Origin: Verrucomicrobiota bacterium
Lineage (GTDB): Bacteria; Verrucomicrobiota; Verrucomicrobiia; Chthoniobacterales; SZAS-18
NCBI GenBank assembly: GCA_018240025.1
Contig: JAFEGM010000074.1
Span: 11,811 to 43,810, forward strand
DNA: 32,000 bases
Direction: 5' to 3'
Shown: positions 7,548-15,242 of the stretch, piece after piece
How the letters are laid out: the number at the start of each line of letters is the position of its first letter
How positions within the stretch are numbered: position 1 is the stretch's first letter
Program-made: the position numbers and the translations under genes
Notes under the pieces: generated by a model
The model's input: the letters and a program-made list of their open reading frames with translations, nothing else
Databases searched by the model: none
What the model was told of the DNA's origin: nothing

Positions 7548-9575
7548 GTGAAGATCCTCCTTGCTGCCCCAGAGGCGGAGTTTGGCTCGCAGTTTGCCCA
7601 ATTACTCCGCAGCCAACTGCCCGGCCACATTGTTCAGTTGGCGGTGGGCTACGCTCGCGCCCTGGAGGTGGCACGCAGTTCGGGTGCGCCCGACGTGCTG
7701 GTGACGGAGGCCTATTTCGAGGAGGGCGATGGCTTTGTCTTGCGACACGAGCTCCGCGCTCTGCGGCCGGACCTGCGGACCGTGTTCCTCTCCGACCACG
7801 ATCTGAGCACCTGCGCCGACTACCTGGAGGGCGCTCCCACCTTTCGGCACCCGGTCGATCTCACCGGCCTGGTCCAAGCGATCCTGGAGCAATCCGCCCC
7901 AGCTCCAGCCACCGCTCTCGAGTCTCCAGTCTCCAGTCTCCAGTCTCCAGTCTCCAATCTCCCGTCTCCCTCTCCCGCCCCACCTGCCCCGCCCTCGACG
8001 CCGCCCGACGACGCGCCGGGGTACGAGATCCGCGGGGCCCTCGGCCGCGGGCGCTGGGGCGAGGTGCTGGAAGCCATCCAGACGTCGGTGAATCGGCGGG
8101 TCGCGCTCAAACTCCTCGATCCCGCCCTGGCCGCCGACCCCGCCCAGTTCCAGGCCTTTCGCGCCGCAGCCCAGGCCAAGGCCTCGCTCCAGCACGCCGC
8201 GGTGCTGCCGGTCTACGAAGCCGACACGGAGGGCGAGCAACCGTTCTTCGCCACCGAATTCGTAGACGGTCAGCGCCTGTCCGAACTCGCCGCTGCGGGC
8301 GCGACGCTGGAGGCCGCCACCGTGCAGCACATTCTGCGGCTGACTTCGGAGGCCCTCACGCAACTGGGGGCGCGGCAGATCTCGCGCGAACCGCTCGACG
8401 CTGGATCGATCTTCCTCGGTCGCGACGGCCGGCCGCGCCTGGAGAATCTGGGCGCTCCGGCCGATGCACCTCCGCCCGACGTAGCCGCAGAAATCCGCCT
8501 GCTCGGCGCCATGCTCTCGAACCTGGCCGAGCCCGACAGCCTCGCCGCCCGGCCCGCGCTCGGCACCCTCCTCGGCGAGATGGTGCAGGGTCGCTATCCC
8601 AGTTGGGGCGCGGTCGCGGCCGCCGCGAAGGCCGCGGAGCCCAAGGCCACCGTCAAGGACGCGCACGTCCTGGGAGCGAGCGAGCGGGCCGCCATCGCCG
8701 CGGTCGAGGCCGCCCGGCAGCGCCAGAAGCGCGGACTCATCTGGACGACCGTCGGGCTTTTCGCCCTGCTCTGGGTGGCCGGCCTGGCGATCTACTTTCG
8801 TTTCTTCACCGGGCCGAAGATGCGGAACTTCGACCGACTGATCGAGGTTCCCGCCGGGGAATTCATTTATCAGGACGGCAAGAAGGTCACCCTGCCCGCC
8901 TTCCGCATCGACGAATACGAAGTCACCATCGGCCAGTACCAGCAATTCCTGGCGGCCCTGGAAAAGGATCCCAGCCTGCTCGCGCAGGTCGAGCATCCCG
9001 AGCAGCCCAAGGGGAAATCCCACGTGCCCGACCGCTGGGAGAATCTCTACAAGTCGGCCGTACACGGGAAGACCTTCCTCGGCGCACCGGTCGACCTGAA
9101 TTGCCCCATCATCCTGATCGACTGGTTCGACGCCTACGCCTATGCGAAGTGGAAAGGCCGGCGGCTCCCAACGGAGGAAGAATGGGAGAAGGCCGCGCGC
9201 GGCACCGACGGGCGCAAGTACCCGTGGGGCAACGACGCCTCCGCGAAGAAGGTCAACACCGCGCAGGATTTCAGCGCGGATCCGCGCGCCGAGGGAACCA
9301 TCGACGGCTACAATCGCTGGGCGCCGGTCGATGCCATGACGGACGATCGCAGCCCGACCGGCGTCATGGGGATGGCTGGCAACGTCAGCGAGTGGACCGC
9401 CACCGTCGAGGGCGGCGACCGCCCGGTCATCCGCGGCGGCAACTTCGGCTCGCTCAAGGACAAGAAGCCCGATTTCGAGATCACCCGGCGGGCCACGCCG
9501 CTGCTCCGACTCGACCGCAACGACCGGGTCGGCTTCCGCACCGTGGCCGACGGCGCCGCCCCCGCGGCACGCTGA
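7548..9575 (+). CDS. Multidomain signalling-like protein: degenerate receiver domain, Pro/Ser linker, degenerate Ser/Thr-kinase-like domain, one TM helix, periplasmic FGE-sulfatase (SUMF1-type) domain
   Basis: The start is GTG at 7548 (MKILLAAPEAEF). The receiver-like fold has E at the phospho-acceptor position (PDVLVTEAYF), the acidic pair replaced (LLAAPE), and the KP motif replaced by HP. The kinase-like part keeps GRGRWG and VALK, but HRDLKPxN is replaced by SREPLDAG and DFG by NLG. The TM helix is GLIWTTVGLFALLWVAGLAIYF. The FGE domain shows WFDAYAYAKWKGRRLPTEEEWEKAARG, GMAGNVSEWT, IRGGNF and RVGFRTV. Confidence 0.8.
   Translation: MKILLAAPEAEFGSQFAQLLRSQLPGHIVQLAVGYARALEVARSSGAPDVLVTEAYFEEGDGFVLRHELRALRPDLRTVFLSDHDLSTCADYLEGAPTFRHPVDLTGLVQAILEQSAPAPATALESPVSSLQSPVSNLPSPSPAPPAPPSTPPDDAPGYEIRGALGRGRWGEVLEAIQTSVNRRVALKLLDPALAADPAQFQAFRAAAQAKASLQHAAVLPVYEADTEGEQPFFATEFVDGQRLSELAAAGATLEAATVQHILRLTSEALTQLGARQISREPLDAGSIFLGRDGRPRLENLGAPADAPPPDVAAEIRLLGAMLSNLAEPDSLAARPALGTLLGEMVQGRYPSWGAVAAAAKAAEPKATVKDAHVLGASERAAIAAVEAARQRQKRGLIWTTVGLFALLWVAGLAIYFRFFTGPKMRNFDRLIEVPAGEFIYQDGKKVTLPAFRIDEYEVTIGQYQQFLAALEKDPSLLAQVEHPEQPKGKSHVPDRWENLYKSAVHGKTFLGAPVDLNCPIILIDWFDAYAYAKWKGRRLPTEEEWEKAARGTDGRKYPWGNDASAKKVNTAQDFSADPRAEGTIDGYNRWAPVDAMTDDRSPTGVMGMAGNVSEWTATVEGGDRPVIRGGNFGSLKDKKPDFEITRRATPLLRLDRNDRVGFRTVADGAAPAAR
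7921..7969 (+). repeat. Heptanucleotide tandem repeat (AGTCTCC)x5 perfect, plus two degenerate units (AATCTCC, CGTCTCC), inside the kinase-like CDS
   Basis: I read this directly: the perfect copies span 7921..7955 and the degenerate copies span 7956..7969. It encodes SPVSSLQSPVSNLPS in the annotated frame. Confidence 0.9.
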
Positions 9576-9616
9576 CTCCCACATGACAAGGCGGGCAGTC
9601 GGTGCGATGCGGTTGC

Positions 9617-10087
9617 ATGTCCAATCGCGGCACCATCACCGGCATTTTCGTCTCCGCCCAGGCCGGCGGAGAGCCGCGTGGCGTGGCCGAAATCGAGGCT
9701 GCGGCCGGTCACGGGCTGGTCGGTGATCGCTACGCCGAAGGACGCGGCACATTCTCCGAAGTGCCAGGCAACGGGCGCCACCTGACGCTCATCGAGCAGG
9801 AGGCGGTCGAGGCCTTCAATGCGGAGTTCGGCCAGTCGCTTCGCCCCGAGCAGCTCGGCCGCAATCTGATCACGAGCGGCGTGCGGCTGAACGATCTCGT
9901 CGGCCAGCGGGTGCGCGTCGGCGACGCCCTCATTCTCGTGCAGCGCCTCTGCGAGCCGTGCACCACGCTGCAGCGCCGCCTCGGCGAGGACACCTTGCGC
10001 GGCTTCGTGCATCGCGGCGGCGTGCGGACCGATGTCCTCGAAAGCGGAACCATCCGCGTCGGCGACCCGATCCGCCTCGAAAGCTGA
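9617..10087 (+). CDS. MOSC domain-containing protein
   Basis: The ORF spans 9602..10087. The likely start is ATG at 9617 (MSNRGTITGIFVS). It shows GDRYA, HLTLIEQE, and the conserved-Cys region LVQRLCEPCTTL typical of MOSC (molybdenum cofactor sulfurase C-terminal) domains. Confidence 0.7.
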   Translation: MSNRGTITGIFVSAQAGGEPRGVAEIEAAAGHGLVGDRYAEGRGTFSEVPGNGRHLTLIEQEAVEAFNAEFGQSLRPEQLGRNLITSGVRLNDLVGQRVRVGDALILVQRLCEPCTTLQRRLGEDTLRGFVHRGGVRTDVLESGTIRVGDPIRLES

Positions 10088-10182
10088 GCGCCGCGCGGCG
10101 CTTCGGCCCGGTCGAGTCACGCCGCGCGCGGCGCCGTCCCCCACCCCGTCTTTCCGCTTCCATCCCTTCAACCGTCAGAGCC

Positions 10183-11709
10183 ATGAGCAACAAACCCCAA
10201 ACCGCCATCACCCCCACGCGCTCGGAGGATTTCCCCGAGTGGTATCAGCAGGTCGTTCGCGCCGGCGAGCTGGCCGAAAACAGCGAAGTCCGCGGCTGCA
10301 TGGTGATCAAGCCGTGGGGCTACGGCGTTTGGGAGCGCATGCAGGCGGCGCTCGATGCGATGTTCAAGGCCACCGGCCATCAGAACGCCTACTTCCCGCT
10401 CTTCATCCCGGTCTCCTATCTCGCCAAGGAAGCCGAGCACGTCGACGGCTTCGCCAAGGAATGCGCCGTGGTCACGCACCATCGGCTCGAGCTCGGACCC
10501 GACGGCAAGATGCGGCCTGCGCCCTCGGCCGAGCTGGCCGAGCCGCTGGTCATTCGTCCGACCTCCGAAACGATCATCGGTGCGACCTACGCCCGCTGGG
10601 TGCAGAGCTATCGCGACCTGCCCATCCTCATCAATCAGTGGGCCAATGTGGTGCGCTGGGAAATGCGTCCCCGCCTGCTCCTGCGCACGGCCGAATTCCT
10701 CTGGCAGGAAGGCCACACGGTGCACGAGACGGAGAAGGAGGCGCGGGAGGAGACCGAGCAGATGCTGCGGGTCTACGAGACCTTTGCCCGCGAGTTCTGC
10801 GCGGTCCCCGTTTTCACCGGCGAAAAGAGCGCCAACGAGCGCTTCCCCGGCGCGGTGCAGACGCTCTGCATCGAGGCCATGGTGCAGGACCGCAAGGCCA
10901 TCCAGGCCGGCACCTCGCATTACCTCGGGCAAAACTTCGCCAAGGCCAGCGGGATCAAGTTCCAGTCGCGCGAAGGCCGCGAGGAACTGGCCCACACCAC
11001 CAGTTGGGGCGTGAGCACGCGCCTCGTCGGCACGGTCGTCATGGCCCACGCCGATGACGACGGCCTCGTCATCCCGCCCCGTCTCGCTCCCACGCAGGTC
11101 GTCATCCTGCCCATCGCGCCGAAGGAAGACCAGCGCGCGGCCGTCTTCGCCGCGGCGGATCAGCTCGCGGCCGACCTGCGCCAGCAGACCTTCCACGGCC
11201 AGCCGGTGGCGGTGCATGTGGACAAGCGCGAACTCGGCGGCGGCGTGAAGAACTGGGAGTGGATCAAGAAGGGCTGCCCCGTGCGGCTCGAACTCGGCCC
11301 GCGCGACCTCGAGAAGGGCAGCGTGGCGTTCTGCCGACGCGACCTCGGCGCGAAGTCGAAGGAATTCGTCCCCATGTCCGAGGTGGTCGCCACCATCGGC
11401 CAGCGGCTGCAGACAATTCAGGACAATCTCTACGCCAAGGCCCTGGCCTTCCGCGAGGAGCACACCCGGCGCATCGACACGAAGGAGGAGTTCTACGCCT
11501 TCTTCACGCCCCAGAACGCCGAGCGGCCGGAGATCCACGGCGGCTTCGCGCTGACGCATTGGAACGGCTCGCCGGAGGTCGAGGAGCAGATCAAGAACGA
11601 CCTCAAGGTAACCATCCGCTGTCTGCCCTTCGACGCGAGCGAGCCCGGCACGTGCCCCTTCACCGGCCAGCCGAGCAAGCAGCGCGCGGTCTGGGCGAAA
11701 TCGTATTGA
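10183..11709 (+). CDS. proS: Prolyl-tRNA synthetase (archaeal/eukaryote-like class II type)
   Basis: Translation from ATG 10183 gives MSNKPQTAITPTRSEDFPEWYQQVVRAGELAENSEVRGCMVIKPWGYGVWERMQ..., which is characteristic of ProRS. It also shows FRTAEFLWQEGHT and a C-terminal ...RAVWAKSY. The track ORF starts at 9958, but that Arg/Pro-rich extension overlaps the MOSC gene and is not credible. Confidence 0.9.
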   Translation: MSNKPQTAITPTRSEDFPEWYQQVVRAGELAENSEVRGCMVIKPWGYGVWERMQAALDAMFKATGHQNAYFPLFIPVSYLAKEAEHVDGFAKECAVVTHHRLELGPDGKMRPAPSAELAEPLVIRPTSETIIGATYARWVQSYRDLPILINQWANVVRWEMRPRLLLRTAEFLWQEGHTVHETEKEAREETEQMLRVYETFAREFCAVPVFTGEKSANERFPGAVQTLCIEAMVQDRKAIQAGTSHYLGQNFAKASGIKFQSREGREELAHTTSWGVSTRLVGTVVMAHADDDGLVIPPRLAPTQVVILPIAPKEDQRAAVFAAADQLAADLRQQTFHGQPVAVHVDKRELGGGVKNWEWIKKGCPVRLELGPRDLEKGSVAFCRRDLGAKSKEFVPMSEVVATIGQRLQTIQDNLYAKALAFREEHTRRIDTKEEFYAFFTPQNAERPEIHGGFALTHWNGSPEVEEQIKNDLKVTIRCLPFDASEPGTCPFTGQPSKQRAVWAKSY

Positions 11710-11730
11710 AAAAAACGCGGCACGGCCGCG
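11709..11730 (-). terminator. Possible intrinsic terminator for the acylase gene
   Basis: The minus strand reads CGCGGC-CGT-GCCGCG, a 6-bp GC stem, followed by T7. It lies 23 nt after the acylase stop at 11754..11756. The stem is short, so the call is only moderately convincing. Confidence 0.45.
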
Positions 11731-11753
11731 GAGCATCAGCCGGGCTGCCTGCC

Positions 11754-14015
11754 TCAGCGCAGCTCGAGCCGATGCTGCGGCGGCCCTGGCAGAAAGGGAG
11801 TCGCCTTGCCGCGGGCCCAGTCGGCATAGCCGGCGAGATAGTAGGGCGAGAGCGGGTGGCCGCTGCTGCCGCCGGGGAGGTGGAAAATGCCCTCGGCTTC
11901 GCGGCCGGGTGCGACCACCATCCGCTGCGAGGCGCCGAAGGTCGGCGTCTGCACGCGGGGCATCCAGCCGTCGCCGGGCAGCGGCTGGGCGGGCGCATTC
12001 AGCCAGCGGCCGAAGAAGTCGGGCAGCGCGCGAGCGATGGGATGCCGGATGCGCACGACGTTGCGCCGGCCCCAGGTCATCTCACGCAGCGGTACACCGG
12101 CAGTGACGGCGTCGGAGAGGAAGTCGTCGGCCGCAGCGAGCAGGAGCGAGTCCCAGGTGGGAAAGTTCTTCGGCAGCCAATGTTCCGGCCGCGCCTGCAA
12201 CACGCTCCAGAGCGCGGTCTCGACGCGCAGTTGGCGCGGATCGTATTCGTTGTCGGCCATCTTCAGCCGCGCGTGGATCGACTGCAGCAGGCGCCGATCG
12301 ACCCCGGCCCGAAACGTGCGCACAGCGAGGTAGCCGACGGAGTCGACCGACGCGCGGCCGCCCCACTGCTCCACGAACTTCCGCAGCTCGGCGCGGGCCG
12401 GCTTCTCCGCGCAGGCCGCGGGGGTGAGCGTCGCCAGCATCAACTGGTGCCAGCGCTCGAGGAAGAGCGCGCGATCGTCCAGCGCCACACCGAGGAGATC
12501 GGCCGGCCGCACCGGATTCGGCAGGGCCTGCAACGCATCGCGGATCTGCGCCGCGCGATACGGCATCGCCTGCCCGCCGTCGCCCAGCGCGACGAAGCCG
12601 TCGCCGCCGACCACGCGATTGTTGCCGGTCCAGAGCGAGTCGCGGCGAATGACCGGGGGCGAGATGTCGGTCCGGCCGATGATCGTCCAGGCGGCGTCGC
12701 CCGCGGCGTCGACCACGAGCAGATTCTGGGGCGGCACGCCCGCGCGGTGGGCGATCGGCAGCGCCTCGGCGACGCTCGCCGCCGCGCCGAGTTGGAGCAG
12801 CGCGAGATTCATCTGCGCCGGTCGATGCGCCAGCCAGTCGCGCGCGAAGGTCCGTCCGCCGCGCGTCCCGACGACCGGGCCGAATTCCGTCTCCTGCACC
12901 CGCAGGGTCTCGGTCGGCGCGCCCTGCACGAGGATCTGCTCGTTCGCCTCGCGCATGGCGACGAAGTTGCCGTCGGCGCCGCGGTAGCGCTGAGCCGAAG
13001 CGGGATCGATTTCCAGCGGCACTTCGCGGCTGGTCAGCGTGTGCGAATTCGTGAAGGCCCAGGCAATGCGGCCATTGCTGCCGGCAATGAGCACATTCAC
13101 CCCGGGCAGCGTCACGCCGGTCAGCGTGCGGTCCGGCAGCGCGAGCGAGGCGCGGTACCAGATGCACGGCAGCCCGAGGCTGAGGTGCATGTCGCCCGCC
13201 ACCATGCCGCCGCCGTGCGCCGTGCGTTTGCCGCTGACGGCGAAGTTGTTCGAGCCCGGCAGATCGGGCGGCTCCAGCGGCCCGAGCGCCGCGGTGGCGT
13301 TGGAGAGCGTGCGCAGATCCACGACCTGCGGGCCGGGGATCGGGCGGAGCGGCTGGGTGGAATCGTCGAGGGCGGCATCGTCCGGCGTGAAGTTCGGATC
13401 GAGGAACTCCGCCAAGTCCGCGCCGAAGGTCGTCCGCACCAGTTCCTTCGAGCGGACCTTCGTGAGATCGCCGTGCAGGTCGAAATGCATCGCGTAGCCG
13501 ACCAGCAGCGTGTCCTCCGCCGTCCACGGCCGCGGCGCGGTGCGCAGGAGGAGATACTCCCACGGCCGCACCCGCAGAGCCGCCAGCCCCGCGTTGACGC
13601 CCTCGGTGTAGGCGCGGACGAGATCGCGCTCCACCGACTCCAAGGTGCTGCCGAGAATGGCGGCCGCCCGAGCGCGGAAGCGATGCAGCCGATTCGCCCG
13701 GTCACGCGGTAGCGCCGCGGGGCCGAAGAGCTCGGCCAACTCGCCGGCCGCATTCCGCCGCAGCAGGTCCATTTGGAAGAACCGGTCCTGCGCGTGGACG
13801 AAGCCCAGCGTCCGCGAGAGATCGAGCTCGTTCTGCGCCCGGATGGTCGGCACGCCCTGGGCGTCGCGCTCGATCTGCACGGGCGCGGTCAGCCCCGGCA
13901 GCATCGCCTGACCATCCAGCTGCGCCAGCGACCCGCGCAGCGTCCACCGCAGCCCGAGGAACACCAGCACCAGGAGCAGCACGAGAGCGGCCAGCAGCCT
14001 TCGCAAAATGCGCAT
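11754..14015 (-). CDS. Penicillin acylase / acyl-homoserine-lactone acylase family (S45 Ntn hydrolase)
   Basis: The likely start is ATG at 14015 (MRILRRLLAALVLLLVLVFLGL, a signal/anchor). The track start at 14123 adds an implausible leader. The ORF shows the family motifs GVPTIRAQNELDLSRTLGFVHAQDRFFQMDLLRR, the beta-subunit N-terminal nucleophile context LPGSNNFAVSG, and GDMHL. Confidence 0.85.
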   Translation of the reverse strand: MRILRRLLAALVLLLVLVFLGLRWTLRGSLAQLDGQAMLPGLTAPVQIERDAQGVPTIRAQNELDLSRTLGFVHAQDRFFQMDLLRRNAAGELAELFGPAALPRDRANRLHRFRARAAAILGSTLESVERDLVRAYTEGVNAGLAALRVRPWEYLLLRTAPRPWTAEDTLLVGYAMHFDLHGDLTKVRSKELVRTTFGADLAEFLDPNFTPDDAALDDSTQPLRPIPGPQVVDLRTLSNATAALGPLEPPDLPGSNNFAVSGKRTAHGGGMVAGDMHLSLGLPCIWYRASLALPDRTLTGVTLPGVNVLIAGSNGRIAWAFTNSHTLTSREVPLEIDPASAQRYRGADGNFVAMREANEQILVQGAPTETLRVQETEFGPVVGTRGGRTFARDWLAHRPAQMNLALLQLGAAASVAEALPIAHRAGVPPQNLLVVDAAGDAAWTIIGRTDISPPVIRRDSLWTGNNRVVGGDGFVALGDGGQAMPYRAAQIRDALQALPNPVRPADLLGVALDDRALFLERWHQLMLATLTPAACAEKPARAELRKFVEQWGGRASVDSVGYLAVRTFRAGVDRRLLQSIHARLKMADNEYDPRQLRVETALWSVLQARPEHWLPKNFPTWDSLLLAAADDFLSDAVTAGVPLREMTWGRRNVVRIRHPIARALPDFFGRWLNAPAQPLPGDGWMPRVQTPTFGASQRMVVAPGREAEGIFHLPGGSSGHPLSPYYLAGYADWARGKATPFLPGPPQHRLELR

Positions 14016-14188
14016 GACCCGCACATAGCCGGTTCTGCGGCGGAGACCAAGCGTGCGCTGGGAATGCGCAAGAAGGAACGATGGCCCGCCCGAGCCGGCG
14101 GCGGTGCGCGGTGGGGGTTGCACAGCCGGGGCGTAACCGGCGCAGATCTTTCCTCGACAATAGTCTGCCCTTCCGCTTTGACCGCTCC

Positions 14189-15166
14189 ATGCCCGCCGAC
14201 CCAGCCGTGTCGACTCTCGATCAATTCGTGCGGGCGCTGGACCTCAAGGGCAGGCGCGACCACCTGCTCTGGGGTGTCTGGCGCGGTTTCCCGCTCGGGC
14301 TGACGCTGACCGATGGCTCGGCGCAGTCCGACGCGCTCTTTCACCTGCGCTATGCGGAGCACGCCTTCGCGCGGGGCGAGGAGCCGAAGCTCGAATTCGC
14401 CGAGCCGCTGCCGCGCCTGATGGACGAGGGCTGGGCCGAGGTCGAAATCCGGGACGACCTCGCCTGGCTCACGCTCAAGCGCTTCGGCGACCGGCTGCAG
14501 CGGGACGAGGTGGTGCCCGCGCTCGATTCGCTCATCGGGTGCCTGCGGAGCCTCGGGATCGAGGCGGTCGCAACCTGCCATTACTGCGGCGGCGCAGAGC
14601 AGGTCACCACCGTGGCCAGCAAGGGCCGCGTCGGCCAGATCTGCGCGAAGTGCATCGAGGAACAGATCGGCCCCGACGTGAACCGCCTCGGCTTCCGCGC
14701 GCGTTCGCTGGCTCCGCTGGCCCTGCTCGCGCCCCTCGTGCTGCTCTTGCAGAGTGGGCTCTGGGGCGGCATCTGGATCGGCGTGGACTGGGTCTTCGAG
14801 AAGCTCGGCGGCAGCATCCACATTCACAGCCTCGCCGCCGGCTTCGTGGTCCTGGTGCTCGCCTACCTCGCCGCCTCGCCCGCCTTTCTCTTCCGCCTCG
14901 TCGCCAACCGCGGCAATCGCCGCGCCGGCCTGCTGGGCGCCGCCTGCGCGCTCCTCGCCGTGCCGCTAGGCGAACTCTTCCACGTCGTGCAGCAGTTCGG
15001 CACCTATTCGGTCATCGGCCCCGTGCTGAAGCATCCCACGCTCATCTTCACGGTCCTCAATCCCGGCGACGGCCTCTTCGGCATCCTCAAGCTGCTGACC
15101 ATCGCCGGCTTCATCGGCATGTCGGTCTCGTGGGCGAAGCCGAAGAAGATCGAGCTGGAGTTGTGA
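14189..15166 (+). CDS. Hypothetical integral membrane protein with an N-terminal soluble domain and a CxxC...CxxC zinc-ribbon-like motif
   Basis: The likely start is ATG at 14189 (MPADPAVSTLDQF). It shows CHYCGGAEQVTTVASKGRVGQICAKC followed by about 4 hydrophobic helices (LAPLALLAPLVLLL, AAGFVVLVLAYLAA, LLGAACALLAVPL, LLTIAGFIGMSV). I did not recognise a family. Confidence 0.55.
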   Translation: MPADPAVSTLDQFVRALDLKGRRDHLLWGVWRGFPLGLTLTDGSAQSDALFHLRYAEHAFARGEEPKLEFAEPLPRLMDEGWAEVEIRDDLAWLTLKRFGDRLQRDEVVPALDSLIGCLRSLGIEAVATCHYCGGAEQVTTVASKGRVGQICAKCIEEQIGPDVNRLGFRARSLAPLALLAPLVLLLQSGLWGGIWIGVDWVFEKLGGSIHIHSLAAGFVVLVLAYLAASPAFLFRLVANRGNRRAGLLGAACALLAVPLGELFHVVQQFGTYSVIGPVLKHPTLIFTVLNPGDGLFGILKLLTIAGFIGMSVSWAKPKKIELEL

Positions 15167-15242
15167 GGCGTTCTAGCGTCGCCCAGACGGATTCGCGCAC
15201 GCGCGGGAGCGCTTCGTGACCAACGTGCCCCTGCGGCCCCGC

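Noticed and set aside
7921-7969. Short tandem repeats here, and at 18584..18636 and 30558..30843, considered as CRISPR arrays
   Set aside because: The units are 7 to 15 bp and directly abutting with no spacers, or they form a single inverted pair. No cas genes are present.
7493-9586. 697-aa alternate-frame (+) ORF and 660-aa antisense (-) ORF overlapping the kinase-like gene
   Set aside because: Both are Arg/Pro/Gly-rich with no motifs. Only the 7548 frame yields the receiver-like, kinase-like, TM and FGE-sulfatase motifs.
10087-10102. Perfect 16-bp GC palindrome AGCGCCGCGCGGCGCT right after the MOSC stop, considered as a terminator
   Set aside because: It is not followed by a U-tract (only TT), and GC palindromes are frequent in this composition. 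The evidence is not sufficient to call a terminator.
9958-10182. 75-codon N-terminal extension of the proS ORF
   Set aside because: The extension is Arg/Pro-rich and overlaps the MOSC gene. The canonical ProRS N-terminus begins at ATG 10183.
10168-13712. 522-aa (-) ORF antisense to proS and 817-aa (+) ORF antisense to the acylase gene
   Set aside because: Both have shadow composition (R/A/G/D/H-rich). The opposite strands carry unmistakable ProRS and S45 acylase motifs.
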